Source: Methanotrichaceae archaeon
Lineage (GTDB): Archaea > Halobacteriota > Methanosarcinia > Methanotrichales > Methanotrichaceae
Assembly (NCBI GenBank): GCA_963754945.1
Contig: CAVWIG010000019.1
Location: 21,661-85,660 of the forward strand
Length of the DNA stretch: 64,000 nucleotides
Direction of reading: 5' to 3'
Under the pieces are notes generated by a model. It saw only the letters and a list, made by a program, of their open reading frames with translations, was not told where the DNA came from and made no database searches. The translations under genes and the position numbers were made by a program. This document shows, one piece after another, positions 63,548 through 64,000 of the stretch; the first letter of the stretch is position 1; each line of letters opens with the position of its first letter.

Positions 63548-64000
63548 TAGTGCACCATAACATTAATTTTGCAAATTAATATAATGCCTGTTTAGCTTTA
63601 ATCTTGCATCATTCTTCGTGAATTTCCATCTTACAGTAGTTTTTTTTGCGTTACGTTCTTGTGCCCACACCGAAGCCTCTTTGGTTAAAGTATCGATGTC
63701 TCCAATCCGACGATCGAGGCATTGCTTCGATAGGGCTGAGAGTTCTATCTCAGCCATGTTGAGCCAGCTACCTTTCTTTGGCGTATAATAATATTCGAAC
63801 TCCTTAGCCAGCTCAAACGCCTCTTCAGGCGCAAAAGCATTATAAAATGAGCCTGGAGTATGCGTATTGAGATTATCCTGGACCAATCGAATGGATTCTA
63901 CACCTGGATATTGCTGGGTAAGTTCTTTCATGAAATGGGCGTAGTCCACCCTTGTCCTGTGCTCCATGACACGAATCATTCTTTTTCCTGCATGAAGATC
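63548..64000 (-). mobile_element. IS630-family element, partial (transposase C-terminus 63563..window end)
   Basis: LVQDNLNTH and YTPKKGSWLNMAEIE motifs. Confidence 0.88.

Overview
Archaeal methanogen chromosome segment. Gene content (component A2 plus methanogenesis markers 3/6/5/15/17/7, archaeal PolB, RIO2, DUF460) and codon style suggest Methanotrichaceae/Methanosarcinales; this is inference. GC-rich housekeeping blocks are USP-CBS, a cbiMNQO-type Ni/Co ECF transporter, the mmp cluster, glcD/glcF, ileS, polB, icd and trpDFEGC. They alternate with AT-rich, IS-riddled decayed islands at about 1.4-3.7 kb, 5.4-12.2 kb, 19.3-21 kb, 46.4-49.4 kb and 59.7-64 kb. These islands hold IS5, IS701, IS256, IS200, IS66, IS1 and IS630 elements and five non-autonomous miniature derivatives, each matched to a cognate transposase in the same window. 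They also hold pseudogenes of a serpin, two HEPN-type proteins, a RelE toxin and cas3. The most unusual locus is a solo, host-like tnpB directly upstream of the trp operon. It has an altered right end/omega-RNA, a near-palindromic putative guide, and a partial guide match at its own predicted transcription start. All calls come from reading the sequence; no database searches were run.
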